A stretch of DNA of 64,000 bases, from positions 1 to 64,000 of the forward strand of contig JAHLWZ010000838.1 in assembly GCA_020536535.1 (NCBI GenBank). The letters run 5' to 3'. Positions 36,601-48,293 of the stretch are shown here, piece after piece. Position 1 is the stretch's first letter; each line of letters opens with the position of its first letter. The notes beneath the pieces were generated by a model. That model made no database searches, was not told the DNA's origin, and worked only from the letters and a program-made list of their open reading frames with translations. The position numbers and the translations under genes are program-made. This DNA is from Pelomyxa schiedti (Eukaryota; Protista; Evosea).

Positions 36601-38031
36601 CTTCCAAACTCTGGACCTGGGTGACCACATTCATTCGCTACTGCCACTCTCGAATTTCTGCATTTTCACGCTTTGTTTGGAACTTTACTTGGCCCCGTTT
36701 CTGTACCGTACTCTCTCGGTCCTATGCTCTTGTCAAACGTATCGTTCTTGGAATCCGTGATGCCCTTCGATACTTATTCCGAAGTTGCTTCTCTAACCCC
36801 TTCTAATTTTACTCACAATCTCAGAAACTGGTGATGCGATGTATTATATTTATCAGATGCTCCGTCCCCATGTTGCCTCTTTGATGAATGGCTGTGGCAG
36901 GGTGTTGAGATGGGTAGGAACAAAACTGAGAGCGGGTTTAAGAGCTGTAGATAGAGTGGTTGATGCAATTTGCAGAGCAGGTTGCTAATTGCTTTTCTCA
37001 AAGGGGTTAATGTCTTGTAGGATTTGACTTTTTCCTGGCACACCTGTGGCCTTATATCAGGCCAATACTGCTTGGGGTTCGCAGTGGTTTAAGATTTTTC
37101 TTCAGAACAATTTTCCGAGTCCTGACTTTTGTCTTCCGCGTCATTCTGTACCTTTCTATGACAAATGTCCTTCTCTAAGACAGGCAAAAACAGGTTCCCA
37201 TACAGGTTTTTCTGCGAGAGAATCTCACCATACCGTGGGTACCACAGACAAGGGTACACATTGGATATTCGGCCAAGCGTAAGGCGAAATTACACTCCCC
37301 ACGGAGTTTTGTATGTTTTGTGACTGCAAATGGCAGCTCACGAACCCTTTCCCAGATATGAGATGCAGGATCAAACAGAATATGGCATCTTCATTAGGAA
37401 CTCCAGTAATCCCCCTTCAGTCTGCCATCTGAAAGTTGATGGCTCTCGCGTTGGATCCTTCTTATTGCCTCCAAATGCCGGTGCTTATTCTACCACTCCC
37501 TCTCAATTAGTCTAATTTCCTCCTTTTAGCTTGTATCATCACACATCCTTCAGAGGATATGAGGCGGTTTAAATTTGTTGCCCCAGAAGAGCACGCTCCC
37601 ACAGGCCCAGTACTTGCAGCAGATGGCGGTGTAATTGCTGCCACGGATCCCAATATCGGCTGTATAGAAGGTACCCGAACTCTTACACTGAGGTTGCCCT
37701 CACATAAACAAAAAACCTAGCCACCTTTGAACCCACTGGTGACACACACCGCCCATCCCGAAGAGCCCAGCGTAGAGCAAGGAAGGCTCTCTCCTCATTC
37801 AGCTCACCTTTTGCCGCATCCTCAGCAGCCTCAGTAGCGGATGATGAATGGGAATACAACCAACCGGCACAGGAACAACAGCAACAGCAAGCTGCACCCG
37901 CGGCCGCGTTCTTGGCTGGAGAAACTGTACTTGGATCGTTAAGTGACCAGCGGTTCACTGGTATTCCGGCACCTGCAACTGATACCACCAGACAGGTCGT
38001 TCTTTCTGTCAGGCTTGTGACACGTGTTTAG
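33636..38031 (+). CDS. Multidomain protein: 3 ubiquitin-like domains, long Trp-rich amphipathic helical region, C-terminal beta domain
   Basis: UBL1 (QRLVFHGKVL), acidic linker, UBL2 (SSTTVASLKREI...GKPLSD), UBL3 (DTVEDLKLRL...RLFFKQTELVED), then W-periodic exons, then YGIFIRN...KVDGSRVGSF...GETVLGSLSDQRF...VVLSVRLV. The join near 37.1-37.2 kb is the least certain. Confidence 0.65.
35855..36118 (+). repeat. Eight coding 33-bp/11-aa repeats, consensus W-R-x-T-[TS]-x-V-A-S-x-[VL]
   Basis: WGYTTSLASNV WRFTTSVASNA WRLTTSVSSAV WRHTSAVASTL WRYTSSTASTL WRYSSTVASAL WNKVTTVSSAV WRCTSSTLRHV. Confidence 0.9.
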
Positions 38032-38096
38032 TGTGGCACGCCTGGTTATGTGTGTTTTTTCTAAAAAGAAGTGGAAGATAAGTATTTGGGTTTTTT

Positions 38097-41000
38097 TTAG
38101 TTTGCTAGACGCGCACGGAATGTACGGAGTTGCATAGGGTTGAGAGTAATAATGCGGTCTTGAAGGAGGATTGAGCGGGAGGATGTGGGGGATGGTGATT
38201 GTGTTGATTTGGTGGTGGTTGCTGCTGTATTCCAAGATAACCGCTTCACACTGGATAGGGCTTGATTCCCAGTGATTTGTGTTTCAGTGAGCTGGACTAG
38301 GGAAGGGTTAGAAAGCCAATGATTTCGTTGTTTGGGTACCAAAAACAAGGTCGGTGAAAAGGGTATCCAAGTTGATGGAGACAGTCTTGGATAATTCACT
38401 ATCTTCATTCAAGCCGAAAGTGTTTTGCAGTCTAAAAACCACTTCACCAGAATCTGGAATAAGGTAAGCAAATTGAACAGCAGCACAAATTCTTTACCAA
38501 GGGGAAGAATTCCTTCAATGAGTGCATTGTCTGGGAGGGAGTACCTCAATGGTGTGAAGGAAGTTTTGTACTTGGACACAAACTGGTGAATAGTTAATTG
38601 GGGATAGAAAACCGGAAGGGGATTACCGTTGATGGATTGGCTTCCAGACCAAACATGGCAGTGAATGGATTGTTAATTATATGTTGAAGTCTACGCATTT
38701 GTCTTGCAGAAACAGAAGTATCATTTATAACAAGATAGTGAGTTGCCCTAATAACTGTATTTTCGTTCAGTGCTTCATCAACACCGCGCGAGTCGTCCTT
38801 GAGTAATCGTCTATGTAACATTATTTCAAGCTCTCCACTGCTAAGGCTGCTTGTTCCTTCGGCCCGATCAACGATAACACTGAGAGTTGTTGGACGTGGG
38901 AAGTGGCAAGAGCTACAGACGTTAATTGGGTCGTAGCGTCCTTGATTGCTGCAGCAGATACGATCGGGTAATAATTACCTGCCACAGGCTAGGAGACTTA
39001 GTGGGGTTCGAAATTGGGGACACAATTGGTACCTCTTCTAAAGTTAAGTCCCATGTTGGCCTATAGTCCAAAATCCTTTCCTAGGAAACTAGAAGAATTG
39101 TTGATAATAAAGACTTGGGAGCTACCTGCATTTCCATTCCGTTAGAGTCGGTATAGAATTTATTGCTTGTATCAAGATTCGTAGTATACTTTGTAATGAC
39201 TTCTTTACCATCCAAGTCAGCAATTTCAATTGGGCCCACAGTAGAAAACACTATACAATGAGTCGTCAATTGTTTTAAAAGGTTGAGTTTCATAGAACCT
39301 TCTACATGAGGTTGACCAGTATAAATGCGGTAGGTTTGCTGGATAAAGGTATTGAAAGTCTAAAAAGAATCTTCTGTCATTTCTTTGAAAAATGAACAAA
39401 GGGATTCGACCTGTCTCACTTCCGTAACCAGAGAACCGGATACTATTGAAACAGTTGCAGTCGATGTAAAAATATTGGGAGTCTGCGCTGTTGGGCGGAA
39501 AATGTATGCTCCAGAGGCCTGAGAGGATTCCAGGTTCCCGATACTGCCCTTGTACCACATGAAATTTTGTGCCACCTTAAAAGAGGAAGTAAAAGTAATA
39601 TAATTGAACCACGTTAGAAACCTGTGTGATGACCTGTGTCTTCATATTACGAACTTGTTTCAGCATACCAGAAGTGCCATCAAAAGTGAGTTCTATGTAT
39701 TCATTTTTCACAACATAATCAGCCTGTTTTTCCTTAGTTGGCTACGTGGTAGGTGGCGTTTTTTCTCAAACCTCTGGAGATAGAGTGCGAATTGGTGTAT
39801 ATTCAGCAGTTGAAACAGAGCTACTCAAGAAGTAGGTAGCATAACCCATTGGAGGTACTGTGACCTTGAACACCACTGTGTACTTGTTTGAATCATCCGT
39901 GAGAACATCTTTACGTGGTCACCAAAAAGGGAACAGGATATTAGGATTACCGCTTGGCTCTGTTAGGAATACTTGTGCTGAGACACTCTGAAGGGAGGAA
40001 TCCAGAACTAGTACCCTTAAGACATTGAACAACATAGACTAAATCCTACCTTGGACAACTGAAGATGGGACAGGGAATCTAACATATTCTGTGCGTGACC
40101 AAGACAGGGTATTATAAAGTACAACTGGTATGAAGTTTCCGGCTGAAGTGGTTTTTGATGTTGCAGGACAGACACTGACATTTAGCAACGGGCAGAAACT
40201 CAGATACGTTGTTTGCCCTGTGGCATTTGCCACCATAATGCCAGCAATGTTTGAAATGGCGTCATATGCAGCATTCGTCCCTATATCAAGACGGAGACAA
40301 TAGTCATCGCAAACGTGCTAGGGAGCGAATGAGCCCATTAAAGCAAAGAACCAAGTAACCAACCTGCTTTTCAGTTCCCGTAATGCCATCACTAAATTAT
40401 TCGTTTAAAGAAGGAACAAAGGGAAAGAAAAAAATACTGGTGTAAGCCAACTCCAAGGGCCTAGACATATTGAAAAGTAACTAAGTCAGAAATAAACAAG
40501 TTTTGCCAGAATTATACCGCTTCCAGGGTTTTTATATTCTTCATAGCAGTAGTAACCTGTGAGGAAGCCCAAGGTGCCAAGGTATATAAATTGTGGGCTG
40601 TGTGCAGAATTGATGTTCTTGATTGCGTGAAACCCTGTTTATGTTAAAAGTTACGCAGTTAGGAAAAATGAAGCTACCTTTTGTGCTGGTCGACTTGTAA
40701 AGTACCCAGTCCAGAAAGAGTGCGCACTATCTAAATGAAAAGAGAAGTAAACTAGTAATATAAAAACAAGAGACAAACCAGCGTAGGGGAAGAAGTCGTC
40801 AGTCTTGACTGACCAAGTAGTTCCATAAGTATTCTGATAAGCATTGACAGCCTTGGGAAATGAGGGGTGTTGACAAGCTTAATTACAGTACCTCAACATA
40901 ACGGGAGGGAGTGGAATAAAAGATATTGATATTAGGGTACCGACTAGGAAAGCCCTTCGTTACTAGACAAGGAATGACAGGATAATAGGAAAAAATACCT

Positions 41001-42421
41001 CGGATTGGCTTGGATATAAGTCATCAGTTTTTCCATGTTCTGAAAGTTTTAATAGGCGAAAAGGCAATTTAGCTTGAATACCTTGTACTCCATGTCAGCA
41101 TTTTGGAAAAGGAAGTCAGAGCCGAATGGTACAAGAACTGACAGTAGTTAAAAAATACAATACGGTGCAGATGAATTACGATTGTTAGTTTTGTATGATG
41201 TAGACCAACTCATCATCTCATTGTAGAAATTGTCTGCGAGTATGTCAACATTATAGCTGAGCATCTTGGGGTCATCAGCAACAGGGTCGTCGCCGCTCTC
41301 ATACCACATGCCTGAGGGAGAGCCATAGCCACCTGGGAGCAATGAAAAGGAGCTCATGAAATGGGGTATCTCGTTACTGTGGAATATGGAAGTAAAAAGA
41401 TCAGTTGTTGGAGCTGTATAAGCATTAGTCCCGCGCCAAATGAATTCCAAGTTTTGTTCGTCATGTCGCTTTGCATAGTCTTGATAATCAAGCCTTAAAA
41501 TCCTCACTCTAGGGAAAAAAGTAGGTAAAAAAATACCTAGCAAAGAATAGGGCATCAAAGCCCATCAAAGCAAAAAGGCCGGCAAGGTTTACACTGTGCC
41601 CAAATGGGTCTGGGAACTTAATAAATTGAAGTGAATGGAGGAGGAATTTACCAATTTGCCAAGCAATCCTTGGCGTTACACCGAAAGTTTCTAACAACCA
41701 TCTATGGCCTAAAAACTGTTAGTTCCACCAAGCAGAGAACTCAATAAAACGACCAAGAGTCATTTGATCTAGAATCGCGATATAATGGGCAGTGGCCTTG
41801 GCAATTTCATTACTGGAATAGTGAAGAGAATTGCCTACCTCATCGTTCATACACCAACCACCACTAATAAATTCAAGCTGCCCGCTTGTTACAAGCTCCT
41901 GGACCAATTCTTGGGTCGAGGCTGTTTGTTCAGACCACCACCTGGAAAAATTATTAGAAATGTTTGATGCATAACAAAAGAACCTGGCAAAGAACGCCGT
42001 CTCAACATAGATAAACGTTCTGTCGGGATTTTGAGCCAATGCAGAAACAACCTTTCTCATTATATAAGCTAGGTGATAAAACAAGACCAATGAAAAATCT
42101 CACATTGTCAATGATGTACTGCATTGAAGAAAAGATATTAGAAAGCAATCAAACAGGGGGTAAAAAACCTGTACACCAGCATATTGAATGGAATTGTTGA
42201 GCCCATAATAATACTAACCACTGGGTTAGTCACCAAAAACAGCACCTTCCTATCGTACCTGATCAACGGTCTTGAGCCACCCCACGTCGTCCTACGTAAC
42301 GTCAGAGAAGACTCACGTCACGGTAAAAGTAACATACGTGGGTGTGAGGCACGATGTGAACATTGAGAACAGCACCCGATACTCCCACTGCAAGAGCAAC
42401 CAATAACCACCACCGTGTCAT
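38097..42421 (-). CDS. MAN2B1: GH38 lysosomal-type alpha-mannosidase, many introns
   Basis: Signal peptide, [42 protein letters not shown]|[64 protein letters not shown]. Confidence 0.95.
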
Positions 42422-42498
42422 TTTGAACCGTTATTCACCTAAAAAAAAAAGATGGCCAAACCCACGTTGTTGAAGAGCTGAAGACGAAGGGGATAACC

Positions 42499-43074
42499 CT
42501 ACATCTTCCTATCCTCGACAAGCAGGATGTGCCATCCGTGTGTTGTTTTAAAAGGCTCTGTGTATTTGCCAATGGGTTGTGCGAAGGCTCTGTCTTGAAA
42601 TGGTCCTACCATGGATCCTGTGGTTTGTTGTGTTGTATAAGTTTGTTGATAATTTTTCATTCACAAAAAAGGTGGTTAGTCCGTACCTCGTGCTAGCCAT
42701 CCGAGATTGCCACCATCTCTGGCCTTGTCCTCAGAATATGTAGAAGCTACGGTTGCGAAAGCCATGCCCTCCTTGAGATACAGTTAGTTCTTCAGGTTAA
42801 TGTCATACATAAATAACCTGCAACTTAGCATACGCCTCCATGATTTTTCCTTGCTTCTCGCACAAAACGTGTCTGCATTTGCAGTGGTTCGCTGGTTTCA
42901 CCTTACGATTGGTTACACAGTTTGTTTTTGGTGCATCACAAATCAGCGGCGTACTTTATCAGCACTCGACGAAGCAGTCGTAGTCGCGGCAGCAGATTTC
43001 CCTTTACCCGATGTAGACTTGCTCGCCGCCGACTTTGGCTTTGGTGCTGCTGCATATGCCTTTGCCTTGGGCAT
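42499..43074 (-). CDS. PIN4: Parvulin Par14/PIN4 peptidyl-prolyl isomerase
   Basis: Spliced product: basic N-tail, [56 protein letters not shown]. Confidence 0.93.
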
Positions 43075-43239
43075 TTTATTGAATTGTGATCAGTTTGATG
43101 AGAAAGAGATTTCCTCAGCACTGCAGGGGAATTACTGTGAAACCATTGCACGGCGTTGTTGAATCTCGGTTGTTTGCCAGTTTGGCATTCTCAAGGAGAG
43201 ACTCCCCTCAACAGATCTTCCAGTAAATTATAAAAACAA

Positions 43240-45537
43240 ATGTCGAACGAGAAGGCAGGGGGGCCGGAGACGGCGAAGGACGAAGATCTACCAGATATAA
43301 GTGGTGTTGACTGCAGTGACAGTGACGCCACCGACGATGACGACGGCTACGTTGTAGCCGACGACAGCAGCGAAAACAGCGAGGAGCCCCTCACGCAAGC
43401 CCCAGTTCGTCACACAACCCCGCAACTTGCTCGCAGCACGCAACTGGCTCGTATCCTCAAAAACGCTCAAATCGCCAAATCCAAGGCACCCAAAGACGAA
43501 GACGGCGATGGCGTCGTTGTTGTTGGCAGCGGCGGCGGCGGCGGCGACGGCTCGGCGGCGGCTAGTGCCGCAAAAACTTCATCGATGCCAGCAGACCCCT
43601 CGCTGCAGACATCTGCAGAAAGTGCAAAGGCGTCATCTGTGACCGATGACGGTGATGGAGTCGGAAGCGGCGGAGATGGAGATGGAAGTGGAGGTGGAGA
43701 CGCAGGAGGCAGCAGTGGGAGCGAAACGGCTTCTAGTGAGAATGGTGATGGCGAAGAGAATACCGACGGCGCCAACAGCGACGGGGACGACGGCGGGAGT
43801 GGGACTGAGAGTGGGAAGAGCACGGGTGATGGTCACGAGTTCGATAGTGACCAAGAATTTGTGCCACCGTCATCGAATGTAGGCAAACAGACAGTACCGA
43901 TCGCTGTTGAGCTGCACCATCCCCGCGTCCTTAAAAAAGTTCGAAGCAACTACACTGCAGAAGAGGATGTGGCAATTTTACAGTTCGTCCACGACAATCC
44001 AAGTTATGGTGTTCAAGGCAATGCAATTTGGCGATTGCTGGCAGGAAGGGTACCATTCACCTTTTAGACATCCTCTCTCCCCTTAGTTGATTTTTTTTTT
44101 AGTCTGCACAAGGTACCAAACCACACCTGGCAAAGTTTGAGGACTCACTACCGTTACATTAGCAAGAAGTCTATTCCGCAATTGCAAAATGCGGTGCAGA
44201 AGGCGAAGGGAAAGACCAAGCCTACACTTGTCTTGGATAAATCCCCTGTTGCCCAACAGTCCCCAGCTGTTACCAAAAGTGACACTGGTTCATTAACTAC
44301 AACAAGTACTACCACTACAGTAGGCAAGAAAATCAGTAATGCTGTTCCCGACATCACTGACGACTTGGATATGTTTGATTTTGGGAATGACGCACCACCA
44401 GCCAAAAACAGTTCCTTGCCCCGTCCTTCTGGTGGCCACCGTACAGCACCTGTGACTTTTCAAAGCACTGACCAACCAGCTCCAACATCCCCTCAACCAA
44501 TTCAGTGGGTACAAAGAAAACGCTCATTAGGTCTAAAACTCAGCACACCCCAGTCTTTAAATCAAAGCTCACTGGATCAAAGTGCAAACCTGCAGCAAAC
44601 CAATCCCATCGATGTTGCCCAGATTGTTCAGGCTACAACAGGTCAAAGTGAGCTTTCAGACTCCATGCGAAAATCACAAGAAAATGCAATGGAACTTCCA
44701 CCAACACACACAAAATCAAAAGTGCAACCGTCCACAGTTGAAGGTGGGAAGCAAGCAACCAAATCCACAGCGGTTTGTTCGAATCAAAAGAAACAGCCTG
44801 CAGCCGCCATTCCACAATCAGAAAGCTCTGGAACAATCCTTGTGGGACAAGATATTCCTATGCAACAAGTTCATCACATTCAAAGAACTGAGGTGCCGAA
44901 AGCACCGCAATCACTACCACAAGCTCAGCACACACATAAACAAGTACACAGACCACAAGAAAGTCTTCCACAAATACAACAGCCACTTCACCAGTCACCA
45001 GAACTAACAGATGTCAGCAAAACATCTGAATTTGACATAATCAAACCGGAACCAAGTGATGACCCTACCGACACATGTGCGTTGCATGAAGCAGCACATA
45101 GAAATGCCGGCCACATACAGCAGGCAATAAAGAGATCACGTACTTCAATCGATGAGGGTGCTATTGAGCAAGTCGTTGTTGCTGCGCAGACATCTGCTGA
45201 TCGCGCAGCTAGTGGTCTAGTTATAACCGGGTCTATTGAGGCTGCCATAAAACTACTTTCTGGGCAAGGTGTGTTTCTTTCAAAAGATTCCAATTATTTA
45301 CTGATACCTAAAAGACCCTGAAGTGAAGCTCTGGACCCAAGCAGAAAATGTACAAAATTTTTTGATCATAAAATCGGTGGCAAGTGTCAAATCTAATCTA
45401 CAATACAGAAGGCACTTATTCACCAAGACTATACTCTATGTAAGACTATTATGTCTGAGTGTGGATTCCAGGCTTTCTGCAGTCGATTAGAATTCCTTGG
45501 ACTCAAAGCAGATGACTACCCTTTCCTACAGAGCTAG
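43240..45537 (+). CDS. TERF2IP: RAP1/TERF2IP-like telomere protein (single Myb + RCT-like C-terminus)
   Basis: Myb segment RSNYTAEEDVAILQFV...VQGNAIWRLL...HTWQSLRTHY. C-terminus GSIEAAIKLL..LWTQAEN..CGFQAFCSRLEFL resembles the RCT domain. Confidence 0.7.
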
Positions 45538-45808
45538 TGAACATGCAATTCACCTACCACCTGTACTCCATTCAACAAGCAAACAAAAATGTTGAGGCTA
45601 TAAAGAGGTGACACAACCTGCCAACCAGTTGTCCACAGGCAAAAGCCAACCAAAATTTCACAAGCATTGGAAATGGGACAACACAAAGGATGTCCCACTT
45701 TTTTCTCACCTGTGAAATGCTGGCCCGGGAAAAAAAAGAACTCGGGAGGCAAGGGAAGAAAAAAGATATTATGGGTTTGTTATTTTTGATTTTGTTTGTC
45801 CCAAAAAG

Positions 45809-47206
45809 TTAAAGAACGGATGGTAAGACTGTTACAAGAATGAGTACTATGATAGCTCCACATACGGCTGCTGTGATTGCCAGGATTATCCACAGTTTAT
45901 TACGGGACTTCTTCTGTAGTGTAACTGCTTTTTCAAGTTGCTCAACACCTTGCTCAACTTGTGTGTCGGCGGATTCTATGTTGGCTTCGATGTTATCTGT
46001 GGAAGTGAGACAATGAAGGCTCTTGGCAATGGAAATACCGATCATGTGCCCTTGTTCTTTTACAATGGAAGCTAGGTCTCGGAACATTTCGTTCACTTGA
46101 ACGACCTTAGTTTCAAGCTCCTGGATGCCAGCTTCTCGATCGCGGATCAGTTGTTCATTCCACTCTCTTTCCTGCTCCGTTTGTTGGAACTCTGCCCTGA
46201 GTTTAGTTTTAGATTGATTTGTGAATTTGGAACTACCACAATTCCTTATTTAAAAGAACAGAAAGGGAAAAACCTTTCCGCTTCAATCAATCGTAGGTCC
46301 TCAGCAGCTTTAGTGGCAGTTCTAAAAAGAAGTTAGAAAAAGTGACAAATTCGCAATTCAGACGTACTCCTCTCTGAATACTGTACTCTGAGGAGTAGCA
46401 GTTTGAAATTGCTTCTGTGGTATTGGTAGGTGTTCCTTCTCTGACGCTATGGTAGAGAGATATTTGAATTTTTCGGCATAATCCACAAAACTCTTTATGG
46501 TTCTTCCTTGCTCTCGTTTTTGAGGAGTCTGTTGAGCAGAAGGTGACTGAATGGGAGAAAAAAAAAGTGCGTGGAGTGAAGTCACACATCAACACTCTTA
46601 TCCGTGTTCCCAAGCTGCTTGATAACAGCAGTTATGCTACGCATCTGCTCACTCGTTGAAGCAACGCAAGCATTTCTATCAAGGGAGCATTCAACAAATT
46701 GGTATTGAAATGCAGGATAGCAAACAATTTTGTTCTGTGAGCTTGGGAGTCTTTTGGTGTGCCAACGATTTGTATCATCTCTTGCACTCGAGTGACATTC
46801 TGTACAAAGTCTGTTTCAACAATGAGCCACAATTAAAGGCCAGACGTTACAATAACAGCAATAGTAACAATATCAATAAAAAAAGGCCAACCAAGCACAA
46901 AAACCACAACTCGGGAGTAGCGGTGGTGCATTGATTATATGACTTTTAATTATGGGATTTAGAAGGAATATGGCGCGCACCAGTGACCATATTTGGCAAC
47001 TGAGCAGGGTTTACGCCCCCGGGGGCACCAGCACCCCCGCCACGTGACCCACCACCACCCCCCCCGTATGTGGACGACGCCGTCACTACCACAACAGGGG
47101 GCGACGAGTACACGGGCGTCATGGGGGTGCTCAACGACGTGGCCCCTCCTGATGGCCTCAGCCCGAACCCCACGCCCCCAGACACCGCCACTTCATCAAA
47201 ACTCAT
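45809..47206 (-). CDS. Endosomal Qa-SNARE syntaxin (STX7/12-like)
   Basis: Habc (IQIVGTPKDS), SNARE motif VNEMFRDLASIVKEQGHMI|DNIEANIE, C-terminal transmembrane anchor. Confidence 0.9.
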
Positions 47207-47528
47207 TTTTTGTTTGGAGTTTTGATAACTGAAATAAAATTGGTGCAAGAATGCAGCTGCCTCTCGGACTGTCTTCATCTGAAGTGTCACAACAAGGAGG
47301 TCATTGCTGCTGGGTGAGCAGGAATGATTCTTGTTCAGTCCTTGGACAAACCTCGGAGGTAAAAATACCCAACTGTTAGAAATTCTAACCCCAGCAATTG
47401 CGGTCTGACGTGCTGTTTAGATTCGGCAGCCCCGACGACAAATTACAATAAAAAGAAAACAAAAGGCCAAACCCGCCAGAGGGGATTCACATCGCGTCCT
47501 TCGCGCTTTCAGAGTGGTAGAGAGGAAA

Positions 47529-47939
47529 ATGGTGCGTCCATTGGGACTCGTTTTCGTTTCATTTTTGTTTTTCGTCTCGTGGGGTTTTTTTCCTCCTCCA
47601 GAACGGTGCCGTGGTTTTTGACTTTGTTGCAGCCGTCCCACAAGACCTTCAAAATCAAGCGCATTTTGGGAAAGAAACAACGCCAAAACCGACCCATCCC
47701 TCAGTGGATCCGCCTTCGCACTGGCAACAAAATCAGGTTTGTGTTTCACCCTTAATACCAACGATACATTAAATATTGCTCTAACAAACCAAACACGAAA
47801 ACGAGTATTAATTAAAGGTTCATTTCCGTGAACCTCGCATACACATGTCTCACAATACTACTGCTTGCACACGCTTAATTTTCTTTGCAGATACAACAAC
47901 AAGAGAAGGCACTGGAGACGCACTAAGCTCAATCTGTGA
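47529..47939 (+). CDS. RPL39: 60S ribosomal protein eL39
   Basis: ATG|[35 protein letters not shown]|[15 protein letters not shown]; two introns. Confidence 0.98.
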
Positions 47940-48293
47940 TCACACTCACTGTTTTCACTTGAATAAAGAAATGTGCCTTTAAGACTGTTGCTTATTGGCC
48001 CTTTGTTTCAATTCAACACTATACAAACAAGAAACGACCGCAATTTGTCCCACGGCTCTCCTCCTGTTTTCATTGGTTTCCATTGGCACCCCTTTTGGCA
48101 GCCCCTCGATGATTGTCACCCTCTGCCAAGTATCCATGGTTAGAACCAAAAGGGTTTTCTAGGCACTTTGCCTCGGTCAGACTGTCCCTTTCCGGGTGTT
48201 CTTTAGCTCGGTTACCACACATTGAGGGCTTCCCAGCAGCCTGTACTGTGATCATCAAACAAACGAAAAAAAAAACAAATCACCGGTTCAGTC

